In this document: one piece after another, positions 21,787-33,482 of the stretch
Layout: every line of letters begins with the position of its first letter
How positions within the stretch are numbered: position 1 is the stretch's first letter
Assembly: GCA_004431415.1 (NCBI GenBank)
Contig: QPMI01000399.1
Coordinates: 124,001-188,000 of the forward strand
DNA from: Cyanophora paradoxa CCMP329
Taxonomy: Eukaryota > Plantae > Glaucophyta
Reading direction: 5' to 3'
Length of the DNA: 64,000 bases
Notes under the pieces: generated by a model
The model's input: the letters and a program-made list of their open reading frames with translations, nothing else
What the model was told of the DNA's origin: nothing
Database searches by the model: none
Position numbers and translations under genes: made by a program

Positions 21787-22236
21787 ACCTCTCCGCCGGC
21801 AAGCGCTTTGTGCCAGATTGGGTCGATGTACCACGTGTGTGCATGCTGCCTGCGATCGCGGCGCAGTGCCTGCAGCGTTGTCTCCACGCCCGGCAGCGGC
21901 ACGGTGTGCGTATGCGATCGCGAGTCGTCATCGTCGTCCGAAGGATAACCGTGCTCGGCGTCGGAGTCCTCGTGGTGCAGTGCGTCGTGCTCGTCCACCG
22001 GCGTGCCAGAGACTTGTCCGGGTTGGCCCGCGGCAGGTTCGGTTGCGATTCTGTCGTCAACGGAGGAGGCCGGTGCGGACGCGGTGTCGAACCACATGAG
22101 GAAGAGGAAGAGGGGCAGCTGTTCCCAGAACTCTCCCTGAGGTCGGTAGCCGTACCAGTCGATGCCCGTCTTCGTGTGCCAGTCACGGCTCGTTTTGTCG
22201 CGGCGCTGCAGTCCGGCGTTCTTGAGGGAGCGGCGG
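21787..22236 (-). mobile_element. Helitron Rep-helicase linker piece (upstream exon of the split ORF)
   Basis: RRSLKNAGLQRRDKTSRDWHTKTGIDWYGYRPQGEFWEQLPLFLFLMWFD resembles the ID.Y..RP...E...L..F..W motif between Rep and Hel in Helitron/Helentron proteins. It is in frame with the helicase after element B is removed. No HUH Rep domain was found in the window. Confidence 0.8.
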
Positions 22237-22490
22237 TAGGTTGCCGAAACCTTCTCCGGTGCAATCTGGTGCAATCTGTGTCGACCTGTGTCCACCTGTA
22301 CGTGTGTCCACCTGTGCCTACCCATGTAAACCTGTGCCTACCCATGTCCGCCTGTGTTTACCCATGTCCGCGTGTGTGTACCCATGTTCCCTGTGTTTAC
22401 CCATGCAAACCTGCGTTTACCCATGTAGGCCTGTGTTTCACCGTGCCACCCTGTGTGTTCTGTGCAACCGGTACCGGTACCCTGTGTAAA
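22237..22490 (+). mobile_element. End of TIR-like family C with ~10-bp subterminal repeats; truncates the Helitron ORF
   Basis: TAGGTTGCCGAAACCTTCTCCGGTG followed by many CCTGTG/TACCCATG units. Related termini at 27325 and 27359. Confidence 0.65.
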
Positions 22491-23053
22491 TCGGTAAAAA
22501 ACTCGATTTTAGTAATTAAAGTTAACTCAAAATTATCTCAACTTCGTGAAATTAATTGCGCATGCCGGCCGGCCGCGGCCCGGACCATGGCCAGGCCGGG
22601 GCGCCGGCGCCGACGCCGGCGCCGGCCGCGGCCCGGGGGCACTCTCCAGCTGGGGATGCGCATGTGCAGGCCTAGGAAGCCCCGGCAGGGCCGCTGCTCT
22701 CCAAAGCTCCCACCACTATATACAGAAAGCAGTCATACGTATACAGAAAACGCATTGCCAGCGAAAAATGCATGCGCGTGCAGCTGCAGGCAGCGCAGCC
22801 CTATCAATAGCTAGCACCGAGAGAACGAGTTGCAGCTGCTGCCCCCTCCCTCTGAGCCGTACTCCCGAAAACAGCGAGCTCCTGACCCGCCGCCCGGCTA
22901 GCAGCACGATCGCTAGTCGCTGCGAGCACGCGAGTGTCAAAAACGAGCTGTGCGCCTCTGCAAGTGAAGGGAGCAGCGCTAGCAGACCGGATCAGACGTG
23001 AAGCGACGCAACCCGCACAAGGTCATGCGGCACCTCGCGGCGCTCGTTGCGCT

Positions 23054-23995
23054 GTGCGTAACGCGGTCACCGATTCGCGTACCCCGACCTGGAGAGAAAG
23101 TAGGTAGCGGGCTCCTGCCCGCTGGGCGCCTCTCCGGCTGCCGCGAATCGCCTCGGCGGTGCCTTTAGCCCTCCTCTAGCTGGTTAGCCGCGCGTCCGTT
23201 AGGAATCCGCTCCGTGGGTCGGTTCGGCGAGCTACTCCGGCGGACACCAGCGGCGGCTTCAGCAGCTGCTCTCTCGTTCAGCCCAAGCACTTTTCTGCGG
23301 CAGCGATCGGCCGCCCGCGGCTATGGGGCCGGCGACCTGCGCTGCGCCCGCGCAGATGATCGTCGGTCGTGTGAGTGCACGCCCGCGTCGCGGCCGTGGG
23401 CGTCGCGGCCGCACAGATGCTTGGATTCCTGGCGAGGCGACGTGCTTCTGAGCACTCGGGCGGCCCGGGGCCTCCCAACCCCCGCCGCAGCGGACTCCCC
23501 GCGCGCGCGCGCGCCAGCTGGAGGAGGTATCTCTCGGCCGAGGAGCACAGGTCGCCGGCTGCGGCCGGCGATGCTGTGCGCCCGCCGGTTTTCACCCGGG
23601 CTCTCACGGGCTCCGGTTTCCGGCCCTCCCTGGGGTTAGTCGGCTTTGCTCTCTTAGTGCGCTTCTTCCCTGCCAAATTGAGGGCTATAGTTCAGGCTCA
23701 GCCGCTTCGACCTCATCCTCGCTTATACATCGGTCCTCTCTGTAGGCGCCCTTGTCCTGAGGGGGGTTATAGTAGCTCTGCTCTGCTTCGGCTCTCTAGG
23801 CAGGTGTAGGCAGTGTTTCTAGGCAGGTATAGGCCCCTTTCTCCAGTACAATAGCTCCACCCGGTCCGATGTCCGAAAGGCTTGTTCCCGTAGGCTCATC
23901 TCTCGACTTGACACAGATGGACACTGCAGTCATATCCCTAGCCATTTGTCTCGGTGTGTGCGAATTCATTTGTTAAGTGCGTAACGCGGTCACCG
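23054..23995. mobile_element. ~0.9 kb insertion flanked by 19-bp direct repeats (TSD-like)
   Basis: GTGCGTAACGCGGTCACCG at 23054-23072 and 23977-23995. The right end (23897-23973) is shared with 11920-11992 and 11298-11319 in reverse complement. Confidence 0.6.
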
Positions 23996-26841
23996 GACGT
24001 TCGAACAGAAAGAGATAACGTTGGCATGCGCGCGCGCGGCTGTGCACCTCGGCAAAGAGAAGCGGCTGAAGGGCGGAGTGACAGTGACAGCGGCGCCATC
24101 TCCGCCCGTAGCCGAGGGCGAGGACGAGGCGCTCGCTGCGCTCGGAGCGTCAAGCGAAAGAAGAGAAGAACGCGCGCCTGCGAAAAGACCGCACCCGTCC
24201 GAGCTCCCGCCGCAAGAAGTGCGAGATGCCAGCCGCGCGTGAACGGCACCCGCTGCGCTGCGCGCGTCACCGGTGTCAGAACAAGATCAAGGCGAGAGTA
24301 GCGGATCGGAAACAAGAGCGAGCACCTGGCCTGCGGGAGAAGGAGCCAGGCGGGCTGCGGGTGTTGGAAGAGACAGAACCCGGAACCGGGCGAAGCGCGC
24401 CGTGTTAGCGAGGCTCGTGCGCTAGCACCGTCCGCGAGCTTTCTTGGCCAGCGGGACCGCTTCCCGCCTGGCCGCCAAGAGCGCCACCGAGCAAGTCGCG
24501 GCCGCCACTTGGCCGTGCTCGCGGGGCTCGGTCGTGCGTGTTCCCTGACCTGCAAGCGGGATGAGCGATTGGAGCAAACAGACGGAAACCAGAAACACCT
24601 TGCTTCGCATCGGCAGCGTCCTCTCCTTTCTGCGCGGGCCTGTCAAAGGAACAGAAGCTGGCCGGCGGTGGCCGGGCAACGAGTAGAGATTAAGGGCGAA
24701 AGGAGGTCGACATCGAAGCGTTCGAGAGCATTCGCGGCCGCGGCCGAACCCAGCAGCAGGGGCAGCGACAGTCTGCTTTTGAAATCAGACCCACGAGCTG
24801 GGCGAGAGCCTTGAGGCGCAAGAGGTGGCTTCAAGCATCGTTCGCTCTCAAAGCGGCCGCGTTCCCTGCAGCAACAGCACCGCTGCTCGGCCTGTTCGCA
24901 GAGTCAGGGAGTCCGGCTGCGCGGCGAAGCCCAGAACCGACGCACCGAGCCGCCGTGCTGCCAGGACTTGCAGCTGTCTGGCAAGGCCGTCTGCCGCCGC
25001 GAGGGCCAGCCGCCGCAGTCACCGGTCACGGCGGTCAGCAAGTTTGGGGTACGACAACGAATTCCCTTGGCCGGAGACCGCTAGGCATAGGCCTAGGTCT
25101 GGTCATGTGCGTTCCTCGCTTTGATCCGCCTTCCAATGCATCAAAACCTCTCTATAAGGAGCAGTTCATGACGTGGCACGCATTGCTGGTGCTCGTGCAG
25201 CTTAATGAGTCACAGGCCCCCCCCTTGGCAAAAAAAGGTGCTAGCGCCTAATGGCTTTAGATCTAAACTCGGATTGTTTCAAAATCAGAGAGAGGACCCT
25301 CGAAAGCTTTGACGACTTCATTTTGACGGTAATCAGCAATTCCGGGAATGACTTCTTTCAGTGCTGAAGAGAAGATGAGCTGTTCATCAAGTCACCAGAC
25401 TGTGCTCATGATGTGCTCAGTGAGACACAAGAAGGTGCACCGACGTTCCGGGAATCGGCAGACCGGACAAAAATTTTATTCCTGTAATCTGGAAGTTAAG
25501 GGCTTTCTAAAGAGGTATTTAGCGTGTCTTGAGTCGATGCTGGCGACCCGTGAGAGCATGGCATGTTTCAACCATGGCCCCTGCAATATCTCAGCGAAAA
25601 CTCGTATTCGGCCTTCCAAAAGCGGCATCATATCACTCTTATAATCAATACCTTACTTTAGGAGTGCTTGAGATCATATGGATGCGATCCTGCAGAGACT
25701 AATTTGGTCATTTTCACTTCTTTGCCCCCCCTGGATTTCAGCCACAAGAGAGTGCGTCCAGAGGGTCTAGAGTCACAGCTTAGTGTTCAAACAATTATTA
25801 GATGCCTGAATACAATTAAACCAAGCATTCGCTTCACTGTTCGCACCTGTAGCAGCCCGAAATGCATTTTTCAAGGATACTCGAGGATAATGGCAGGTAT
25901 TCCCCCCACCCCCCCCCTCTAGATCTTTTTTAACGAACGAGCCCCAGCGGTGCCAGCTGCTGCGCTCGCGCCCTTGGCCTCAAGTACGCTCGGCTGGCTG
26001 CAGCTGCAGAGTCTGCAGCTCCTCAGCTTCCCGCTCCAGCTCCCGTCGAGCTCGGGCCAGATGCGCTTCGCACCACGCAGACTTGGCGGCCGCTCGCGGC
26101 ACGCAGCGCGCGGCTATTTCGCCAGCCAGATGGTGTTGCCGCAGGACTGGCCTCCGCCTCGACTGCATCCGCGCGCCCCGCGCGCCGACTTGCTTGTTCC
26201 CAACCGCCCGTCTTCGCCGTGCTCGCCAAGTTCTTTGCCTACCTGTCTGGATACTCGCCGTACGTCTCACTCACGCCCGCATCGCCGTCTCTGACCAGCG
26301 GCCTGTTAGGAGCGTTCATGATCAACGCGTCGACGGTTGGGTGGCACGCTGGCCGCCGCTGACTTCGAGCTCTCGCACGCTTCCGTGCGCGAAGCGTTCC
26401 TCTAAGATGCGCCCGCATTGCATGTGGGTCTGGACTCGCCGGGCGCTGCGTGCGCGCGGACCGACGCCAAACTCCCGATTGGCGGCCGCCTCGGGTGCGC
26501 CTCCCAAGCATAGCTTGGGGCCAGCGGCGCGCGAATGCGTAGCTGACGATGCGCAGGATGCGACACGGCGCGGCCTTCGGCGGCGCGGCTCGCCGCACGG
26601 GGCAGCAGCGGACGGCGGCGGCACGGCTCGCGGGACGGGCAGAGGCGCGGCGGGCGGCGGGGTGGCTCGCGGAACGGGGCGGCGGCGCAGCGGGCGGCGG
26701 GGAGGCTCGCGGGACGTGGCGGAGGTGCGGCGGGCGGAGGCGGATGGGCGGGGTGGAGGCTCGGCGGTCGGCGGCGCGGCTCTGAGGGCGGGGCGGAGGC
26801 CCCCCAGGTGGCGGCGCCGCTCTCCGGTGTGGCTCTTTAAC

Positions 26842-26874
<33 letters not shown>

Positions 26875-27309
26875 CCCCCTCCTCCGACCGCCCCCTGGTC
26901 GTACCCCCCACCCTTTCCGACCGCTGCTGATTCCCGTACCCGCCAGACTCACCGCGGGGTCGTCTACCCCGCCGGGCACCGCGCCGGCCAAGGCGGCACC
27001 TCCCGCCCCGCCGGCGGCGGGGGCCAAGGCGAGCCGGGCGCCCCTCTCCCCGCCGGCCTCGTCGACGGTGGCGGCGCTGGCGGCGGCGGCCGTGGCGGCG
27101 GCGGCGGCCGTGGCGGCGGCGGCGGTCGGGCGGCGGCCCTCGCTGCAGGGGCAGGACCTCAGCGCGCCGGCCCTGGGCCCCCGGCGCCCCTCGCTGGGCG
27201 TCGAGATCCCGCCCTCGGCAGCGGGGCCCCTGAGCCCGCGGGCGCCCGCGCAGCCGCCGCCGGTCTCGCCCTTCCTGCACCGCCGGCCCCCCCCCCCCCC
27301 CCCCCCCCC

Positions 27310-27625
27310 CTTTCTTTACCGGCGAAAACCTTCTCCGGTGTAAATTTGACCTCCGCCGTATCTTGCAGAAACCTTCTCCGGTGTAAATTTGACACAGAAT
27401 CGCACAGAAAAGCACCAAAAAGCACAGAAATGCACCACAAAGCACAGGTTGGCACCGAAAAGCACAGGAAAGCGCCGCAAAGCACAGGAAAGCACAGGTT
27501 GCACAGAAAAGCACAAGAAGGGCACAGGTTCGCATGGGTAGGCACAGGCCGACATGGGTAGGCACAGGAAACATGGGTAAACATGGGTGAACATGGGTAA
27601 ACACAAATTGCACGGGTAATACAGG
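27310..27625. mobile_element. Another family C terminus with GCACAG/CATGGGTA subterminal repeats
   Basis: TATCTTGCAGAAACCTTCTCCGGTG at 27359, a partial duplicate at ~27325, and repeats that are reverse complements of those at 22270-22470. Confidence 0.65.
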
Positions 27626-27692
27626 AGTATAATTTATAAATAATATTGGGCCCCCCCCATCAGGCGAAGCCTCTTTCTCAAAACCAAAAAGA

Positions 27693-28820
27693 AACGGACG
27701 CAATTCCTTTTTTACTCCTTTTTTTCCACTCGAGACCCCCCCTACTAAATAATTTCCGTGTCGCGACTCCTCGAGGACGAATTATTAATTCTGCCTCGAC
27801 ACGGACGTGACCTCGTACTAGCCACACAGCTCCCCGAACCCCTACAAACCTCTCTAGATCCATTTTTAGCGTCCTGGCGCCCGTAAGACGACCGCTCTCC
27901 CGTGGGCGTCCCGCGAAAATCGAATTTCCCTCCAGGATCAATTCCGGTACTTAACCTCCGACAAATGCAGTCCGAGTCAGAAGGTGGGACCCGGTCCCGC
28001 CCGGTCCCGCGACGAAATCGCGCCAGGGACGCCCCAGAACGATACAGAATGAGGCGCGAGGGCGAGCGCATCGCCGCAAACTCGATTTCGGGCGCCCTCG
28101 ACTCTGCAGTCCGAAGAGTCGGCCGAGAATTTGATCCAGCCGGTCCCGCCCGGTCCCGCGACGCGCGAAATCGATGCGTTCTGGCGCGCATAGACATAGC
28201 ACGGCCTGCGCACCCCAGCGATCCGCTTTTCGGAGCCGGAACAGTGCAGGAAGGCACCCGACAGCAAGAATTCGATCCTGCACAGGCCCGGGCATCTTTC
28301 CGCGCGCGCACGCCGCGGCGCATGCGCGGACCGATAGCATAAGCATTTCAGATGTAGAAGAAGCCTTCCACACGGTTTGCACATGCGCCCGGCCGCGAGG
28401 ACCCAGCCGACCCCGAAAATTCGATCCTCTTCAGACCTGAACAACTTTCCGCGCGCCCTCCCATCCTCACGCATGCGCATCGCTGGTATATTCATTTGAG
28501 ATTTTATCAAAGCCTTCCACAAACTTCGAAGACGCGAAAGAGCACGAGAACGGACGCAATTCCTTTTTTACTCCTTTTTTTCCACTCGAGACCCCCCCTA
28601 CTAAATAATTTCCGTATCGCGACTCCTCGAGGACAAATTATTAATTCTGCCTCGACACGGACGTGACCTCGTACTAGCCACACAGCTCCCCGAACCCCTA
28701 CAAACCTCTCTAGAGCCATTTTTAGCGTCCTGGCGCCCGTAAGACGACCGCTCTCCCGTGGGCGTCCCGCGAACATCGAATTTCCCTCCAGGATCAATTC
28801 CGGTACTTAACCTCCGACAA
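27693..28820. repeat. Pair of ~272-bp direct repeats (27693-27964, 28549-28820) around a 584-bp non-coding spacer
   Basis: Near-identical copies (a few substitutions), also visible as two near-identical ORFs in the track. Confidence 0.9.
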
Positions 28821-28989
28821 TTTCGTCCTGCGTGCTGAGGACGCGCGGCCGGGACGTCGCCGCCGTGCCCTTCCAGCACTGGCTTAGCGCGAGCGACTTT
28901 TCGGGGGCGGCCGTCGTGCGCGCCCGAGCGCCGCTCTGAGCGGGCACGGCGGGCCGGGCCGAGCGCGCGGGGCGCAGAGGGTCGAGGTG

Positions 28990-30500
28990 GCGGGGCGGCC
29001 CGGGCCAGCTGGACGTCGGGCGAGATCGCGGCGCGCATCACGCCCCTCTCGAGCCGCGCCGGCCGCCTCTCCCTCGTCCTCCGGCCCCCGCCCGCCCCGC
29101 CCCGCCCCGCACGGGGCCGGGGGCGGCCCTCACGGGCAGGCGCAGGTTCGAGGAGCGGGCCGCGGGGGACTGGACGGTCGCCGTGCCGGGCATCCTCAGC
29201 GCCGCCCGCCACGACGCCGGCAGGCCCAAGCGCCGCAGGGCGGCCGGCCCGCCTGCCGGCGGCGCCGGCTGCGTGCGCTGCGCCGGGCCACGCGACGAGC
29301 GCGGCGCGTCCCCGGTGCTGTGCCCCGCGCGCCGCGCGCCCCTCACGCCTCGCAGCGCCCCCGGTCCCCGCCAACTGCCCGAGGGACCCTCCTGCCCCTC
29401 CGAGGATCCGCGCTCGCCCGTGCGGCCCCGCCCTCGCCGCGCGGCCCGCCCCACGCCCGACCCCCCGCGCGCAGCGGTGCCGCCGCTGCCGCCGGGCGCG
29501 CCTGCACTCCTCGCCGCGTCCCTCGCGCCCCGTGCGCCCCCGCGTGCCTCCCGGTCGACCAGTGCGGGCGGTGCTGACGCCGCTCGCAGGGAGGGCGCGC
29601 CGGTCGCGTGGGCGGCCGGCCCGCGCCCCGCCCCCGCCCCCGCCGCCCGCCCGCCCCGCTGCCCGCCGCCCTCGAGGGGGGCCCTGGGGGAGCCGCCCTC
29701 TCCGCCCCCCTCCCTTCCCCTCTGCTGCCCCTCTGGGTCCTCCCGGACCTCGGGCGGAGACGCCGCCCGGGCGCGGGCCGCCCTCGGCCCCGCTGGCCCA
29801 GGCCCGCCCCGCGACCCGCCCCGCCCGCCGCGCCGCCCCGCTCAGACGCGCGGGCACAGGCGGAGCTGGTGGGCGGCCCGGCGGGGCGGCCGCTCCGGGC
29901 GCCCGGACGACGATCGCCCCCGCCGCCCTCGGCCCCTGGCAGTGCGCCCCGCCCGCCCGCCGCGCCGCCGCCCTCCCGCCTGATGGGCGGCAGCGCGGAG
30001 GCGGCGCCGGCGGACGGATGCCGCTGCGCCGCCGCCGCCCTCGACCGCATCCTTCTCCTCCAGGCCCGCCCCGGGCCCGGCCCCGGCCCGTCCCGGCCCG
30101 CCCGCGCCGACGGCGGCGCAGATGGGCGCGACGGCGCTGGCGGCGGCAGGCGCGGCCCCCGCGCGGCCGGCCGCCCCGGGGCCGCCCCGCCCCCCTCCAC
30201 TTCGCGCCGCTGCTGGAGGCCGGCCCCGGGCAGGCGGCGGCGGGGGGGCCGGCCCCGGCTGGCCGGCCGACGAGGAGCCCTTCTGGGGCGAGCTCGGCGG
30301 CCTGTGGGGCGCGCCCGGCGCCCCCCGCACGCCGGCGGCGGCGCACCCCGCCCGACCGGCCTCGGGTGACGCAGCGGCGCCGCCTCCAACAGAGCTCGCC
30401 CCTCGATCGCGAGCGCCGCTGCCGTCGCCCGCGCGGGCGTCTGCGAGCGCTCGGGGCGCCGGCGGGCAGGCCGGGGCAGTGCGCCTCGGGGGGCGCAGCG
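28990..30500 (+). CDS. Hypothetical GC-rich multi-exon gene or fragment
   Basis: Protein-like exons SWTSGEIAARITPLSSRAGRLSL / FEERAAGDWTVAVPGILSAARH..CVRC / GWPADEEPFWGELGGLWG with host-style GC-rich introns. No family recognised. Confidence 0.3.
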
Positions 30501-30985
30501 TGGCGCGCGGCGGCCCGCAGCGCACGCACCGTCGGGCCCTCTGCGAGCCCTCTGCGCAGGCACGCTGCACCCGTCTGCGGGGGCCCGTCTCCGCTGCGCG
30601 TCAGCTGGTCCCGGTCGCACACTCGGCCGGGCGCTGCAGCGGCCTTCTCTTCGTCGCATGCGGCAGCCGCAGCGCAGTTGTCCTGCCCGTTACGGCTTAT
30701 TATTAACATGTGTCTCACAGTGTGCCCGTCTCTTGATCGTTCTTCCCCCGCGACTGTTCGTGTAGTTTTGCTTCCTGTCCGTAATTCGTGTGTGCCCACC
30801 CCTCGATTCTTCTTCCCTCGTTCTCGTAGTTTTGCCTTTCAAGTTTCCGTTTCGTACGAGATTTATACGCATCGCACATGTCGACTTCCTATTCATTATT
30901 CAGAATCTGAAATTCTGCGTTGGTGTCGGCGGGGGCGGGCGGGGTCCCAGCCCCAGGGCGGGGCGGGCCCCATGGCCAGCGCCAG

Positions 30986-31393
30986 CTACAGCCCGTGGGG
31001 CCCGAGGATCTTCCTCGCGAGCAACACCGGCCCCATCACTGCCGCGGGTCGGGCGGAGCGGGCGCGGGGCGGGCGCGGGGCGGGGGCCGCGGGGGCGCAC
31101 CAGAGGTGTCGGGGTCGGCGCGGACGCGGGCGGCGGCGGCGAGCAGCGCGCGCCGCGCCGCCGCGAGGGCCGCGCGGTCGAGCCCCGGGGCGCCTCCCCG
31201 GCCCAGCGCCAGCGCCGCCTGCCGCCCTGCGTCGAACGCACGGCGGGCGTGCGGGGGGCGGGCGGGGCACGTCGGCGCGGGCGCCCCAGCGGGCGAGGGC
31301 GTCGAGCTTGCGGTGGGGCCAGCGGGTGATGCCGGCCTCGCGGCAGAGCCGCTTGAAGGTCGTCGTCCCCAGGCCCAGCGCCCGCACCGCCTC
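30986..31393 (-). pseudogene. RWP-RK transcription factor domain, 5'-truncated
   Basis: EAVRALGLGTTTFKRLCREAGITRWPHRKL matches RWP-RK. It follows a CAG acceptor, but the upstream sequence switches abruptly to the 3' end of the fucosyltransferase gene at ~31415. Confidence 0.8.
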
Positions 31394-31419
31394 CTGCCCG
31401 AGCGTCGGCCCTCAGGTAG

Positions 31420-33300
31420 ACGTAACATTAATCACTGCACACTTCTGCAAAAGCTTACCTGCCATGGACGACTTGGCCGTACATGTTTGAATGATGCAGG
31501 AAAATGGGTTCGCCATTTGTAGAATTCTTCATAAGCAGTCACATTATCCGAGTCTAAATCACGACAGTGCACATGGAGCATTCAAGTGAGCATGGAATTC
31601 AAACCGTAGAGATATCTGAGGTAGAGAGCAAGTTCTGTTTGGTGAATTAAAAAAAAAGAAAACAACTGAAGAACGTTAATGGACAAGAAATCACATCGAA
31701 CCTTAAGCTTCAGGCCCAGCGAAATCCATAGCATTGACAAATGAGTGTTTTGGGACAAAATTGGCCACATTTGGTGCACCCATGTAAACTGGCGAAGTCC
31801 CTGCCTGGAACCCACCTGCAGGTTAGGGAATCCTGGAAACACACATGCGCTGTTCTAAGAAAAACTGACACCTGAAAACCATCAAAGATCTTTTCAGTTA
31901 CGTAGTCCTCGAAGTTGGCATTTTCGAATGCTGCCACTCGACATCGACGGTGCATTGGCAGAAAGCTATGACAGAATATACGAGTGCTGACCTATGTAGA
32001 ACTTGTAACGAGAGATCACTTCATGCTTGTTTTTGCCAGGTGGAAGATCCTGGGCATCCAGGGGCTCTTTGCAGCTGCCATACACATCGACTACCATGAA
32101 ACTTTTGAGCTTCTGTCAAAGACACCTAGGTAAAAAGAAGACAAACAAATTCGACGATATGCAAATATCCTCTAAACCAGGATGTATTCTGCTCGATGGT
32201 TGAAAGTGGCATAGCAGTTGCTATGCAAATCATGTCAAAAAAGATGCGCAGATTCCAAGAAAATTATAATAACCTGCCTGATAATAGCCACAGCACTGAA
32301 GGAGGAATCCTTCTCCTTCACCTGGCCATTGAAGTCCAGCACTTGATAAGGAATGGGGAAGTCAGAGCCAAGATCATATGTCATGTAAAAGTCAAACGCC
32401 TCCCAGAACCGTGGATTCCCCATCACGCCTCCACTGAGAATACATTGCACCAATACATTGCCTCTCAAGGAAAAGCAAAGGCACAGACGCTTGGTAAACA
32501 TGGTGTTCTTCGCTTGCAAGAACCCACCGCTGATGATAGCACCGCTTCGTGCGTCGAGGTCGGAGCTCGTATTTATGTGTTGGCGCGTGGAAAACAACGA
32601 GCTAGCGCTGTGTATCTGCAAGCAAACTCTGGTTCTTCGAGAAAATGCACTGCTCATCACAGATTGGCTGCAATCGCTCATGATCAGCAAGAACGACGAT
32701 CTCACTGTGAAAAACACTGGACTTGCCTTGTCATACTCCAGAAGATGCCCTAAAAATATTGACGATGAGGAAAGGAAAACGTTCGCTTCTAAAGCATACG
32801 TATTCGAATACGCATACCTTCGTACCAGATAGGCTCATACATCAGAACGAGGGCGCGCTTAGCGTACTTTCGGTCCCATTTCGAGATAATGTGACACTCG
32901 CGAGCCTCTGTACGTGCAGACCGTGGCATCAGTTGCAGGCGCGCACGCGCACGCCAGGCGCACCGTCGTTCGGGAACAGCTCGTCAAGATCGAGGTGCGC
33001 GGACTGAAGCTCCGCGATTGTTCGGTGGAGATCGGCAATGGTCCTGGCTTGAGCTTGCACTGTCGACTCCAAATCTTGCAGATGCGCGGAAGCGCCGACG
33101 GCGGGCACCCTACTCGCGTTCCCATCCATTTCACACTGCCTCTCATGCGCACTTCTCTCATCGATATTCTCCTCGCACTTCAGCTTCTGGCCATGGTGCG
33201 CACTTCTCTCATCGATATTCTCCTCGCACTTCAGCTTCTGCAGCTGCAGGAAGGCAAGGAGTGCTGCAGCTAACCCAAGCACGAGTAAACTTCGACGCAT
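31420..33300 (-). CDS. GT10 family alpha-1,3/4-fucosyltransferase-like type II membrane protein (possibly disrupted)
   Basis: N-terminal TM MRRSLLVLGLAAALLAFL; FDFYMTYDLGSDFPIPY; AIISNC; VDVYGSC; RYKFY..AFENANFEDYVTEKIFDG; PVYMGAPNVANFVPKHSFVNAMDF; ELALYLRYL. There is an apparent in-frame TAA at ~31703-31705 and a 51-nt tandem duplication at 33147-33240. Confidence 0.85.
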
Positions 33301-33482
33301 GCGACTCAAGGGGCTACGTATACTGGGCCATAGCCAGTCATCGTTGCAATGCATGCGAGAGAAAAAACAGAGCTCAAACCCTGCCATGCCGGCGCGGCGG
33401 CGACCGGCAGTCAATTGCGCTCGGGAAGCAGCCACTGGAACTACGCGTCAAATCGCCGTAAACTGCGAGAACCCCAGCTGCG

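Noticed and set aside
9444-22236. Host PIF1 gene or Polinton/viral helicase
   Set aside because: Helitron-specific linker motifs (Y..RP, L..PW..E) and the nested context favour a Helitron. No pPolB, capsid or integrase was seen, although the HUH Rep domain is also absent from the window.
22260-22470. CRISPR-like or telomeric array (also 27380-27610, 10120-10290)
   Set aside because: These are short degenerate 7-10 bp units without unique spacers, in a eukaryotic context. They are better explained as subterminal transposon repeats.
28601-31490. Very long R/G/A/P-rich ORFs (also 48101-50824, 55606-57843, 16796-19307)
   Set aside because: They are by-products of extreme GC content, antisense frames and read-through of GC-rich introns.
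31700-31710. TAA reassignment (alternative genetic code) suggested by an in-frame TAA in GT10
   Set aside because: It is a single instance in a possibly decaying gene, and no in-frame TAA was needed in the conserved genes read.
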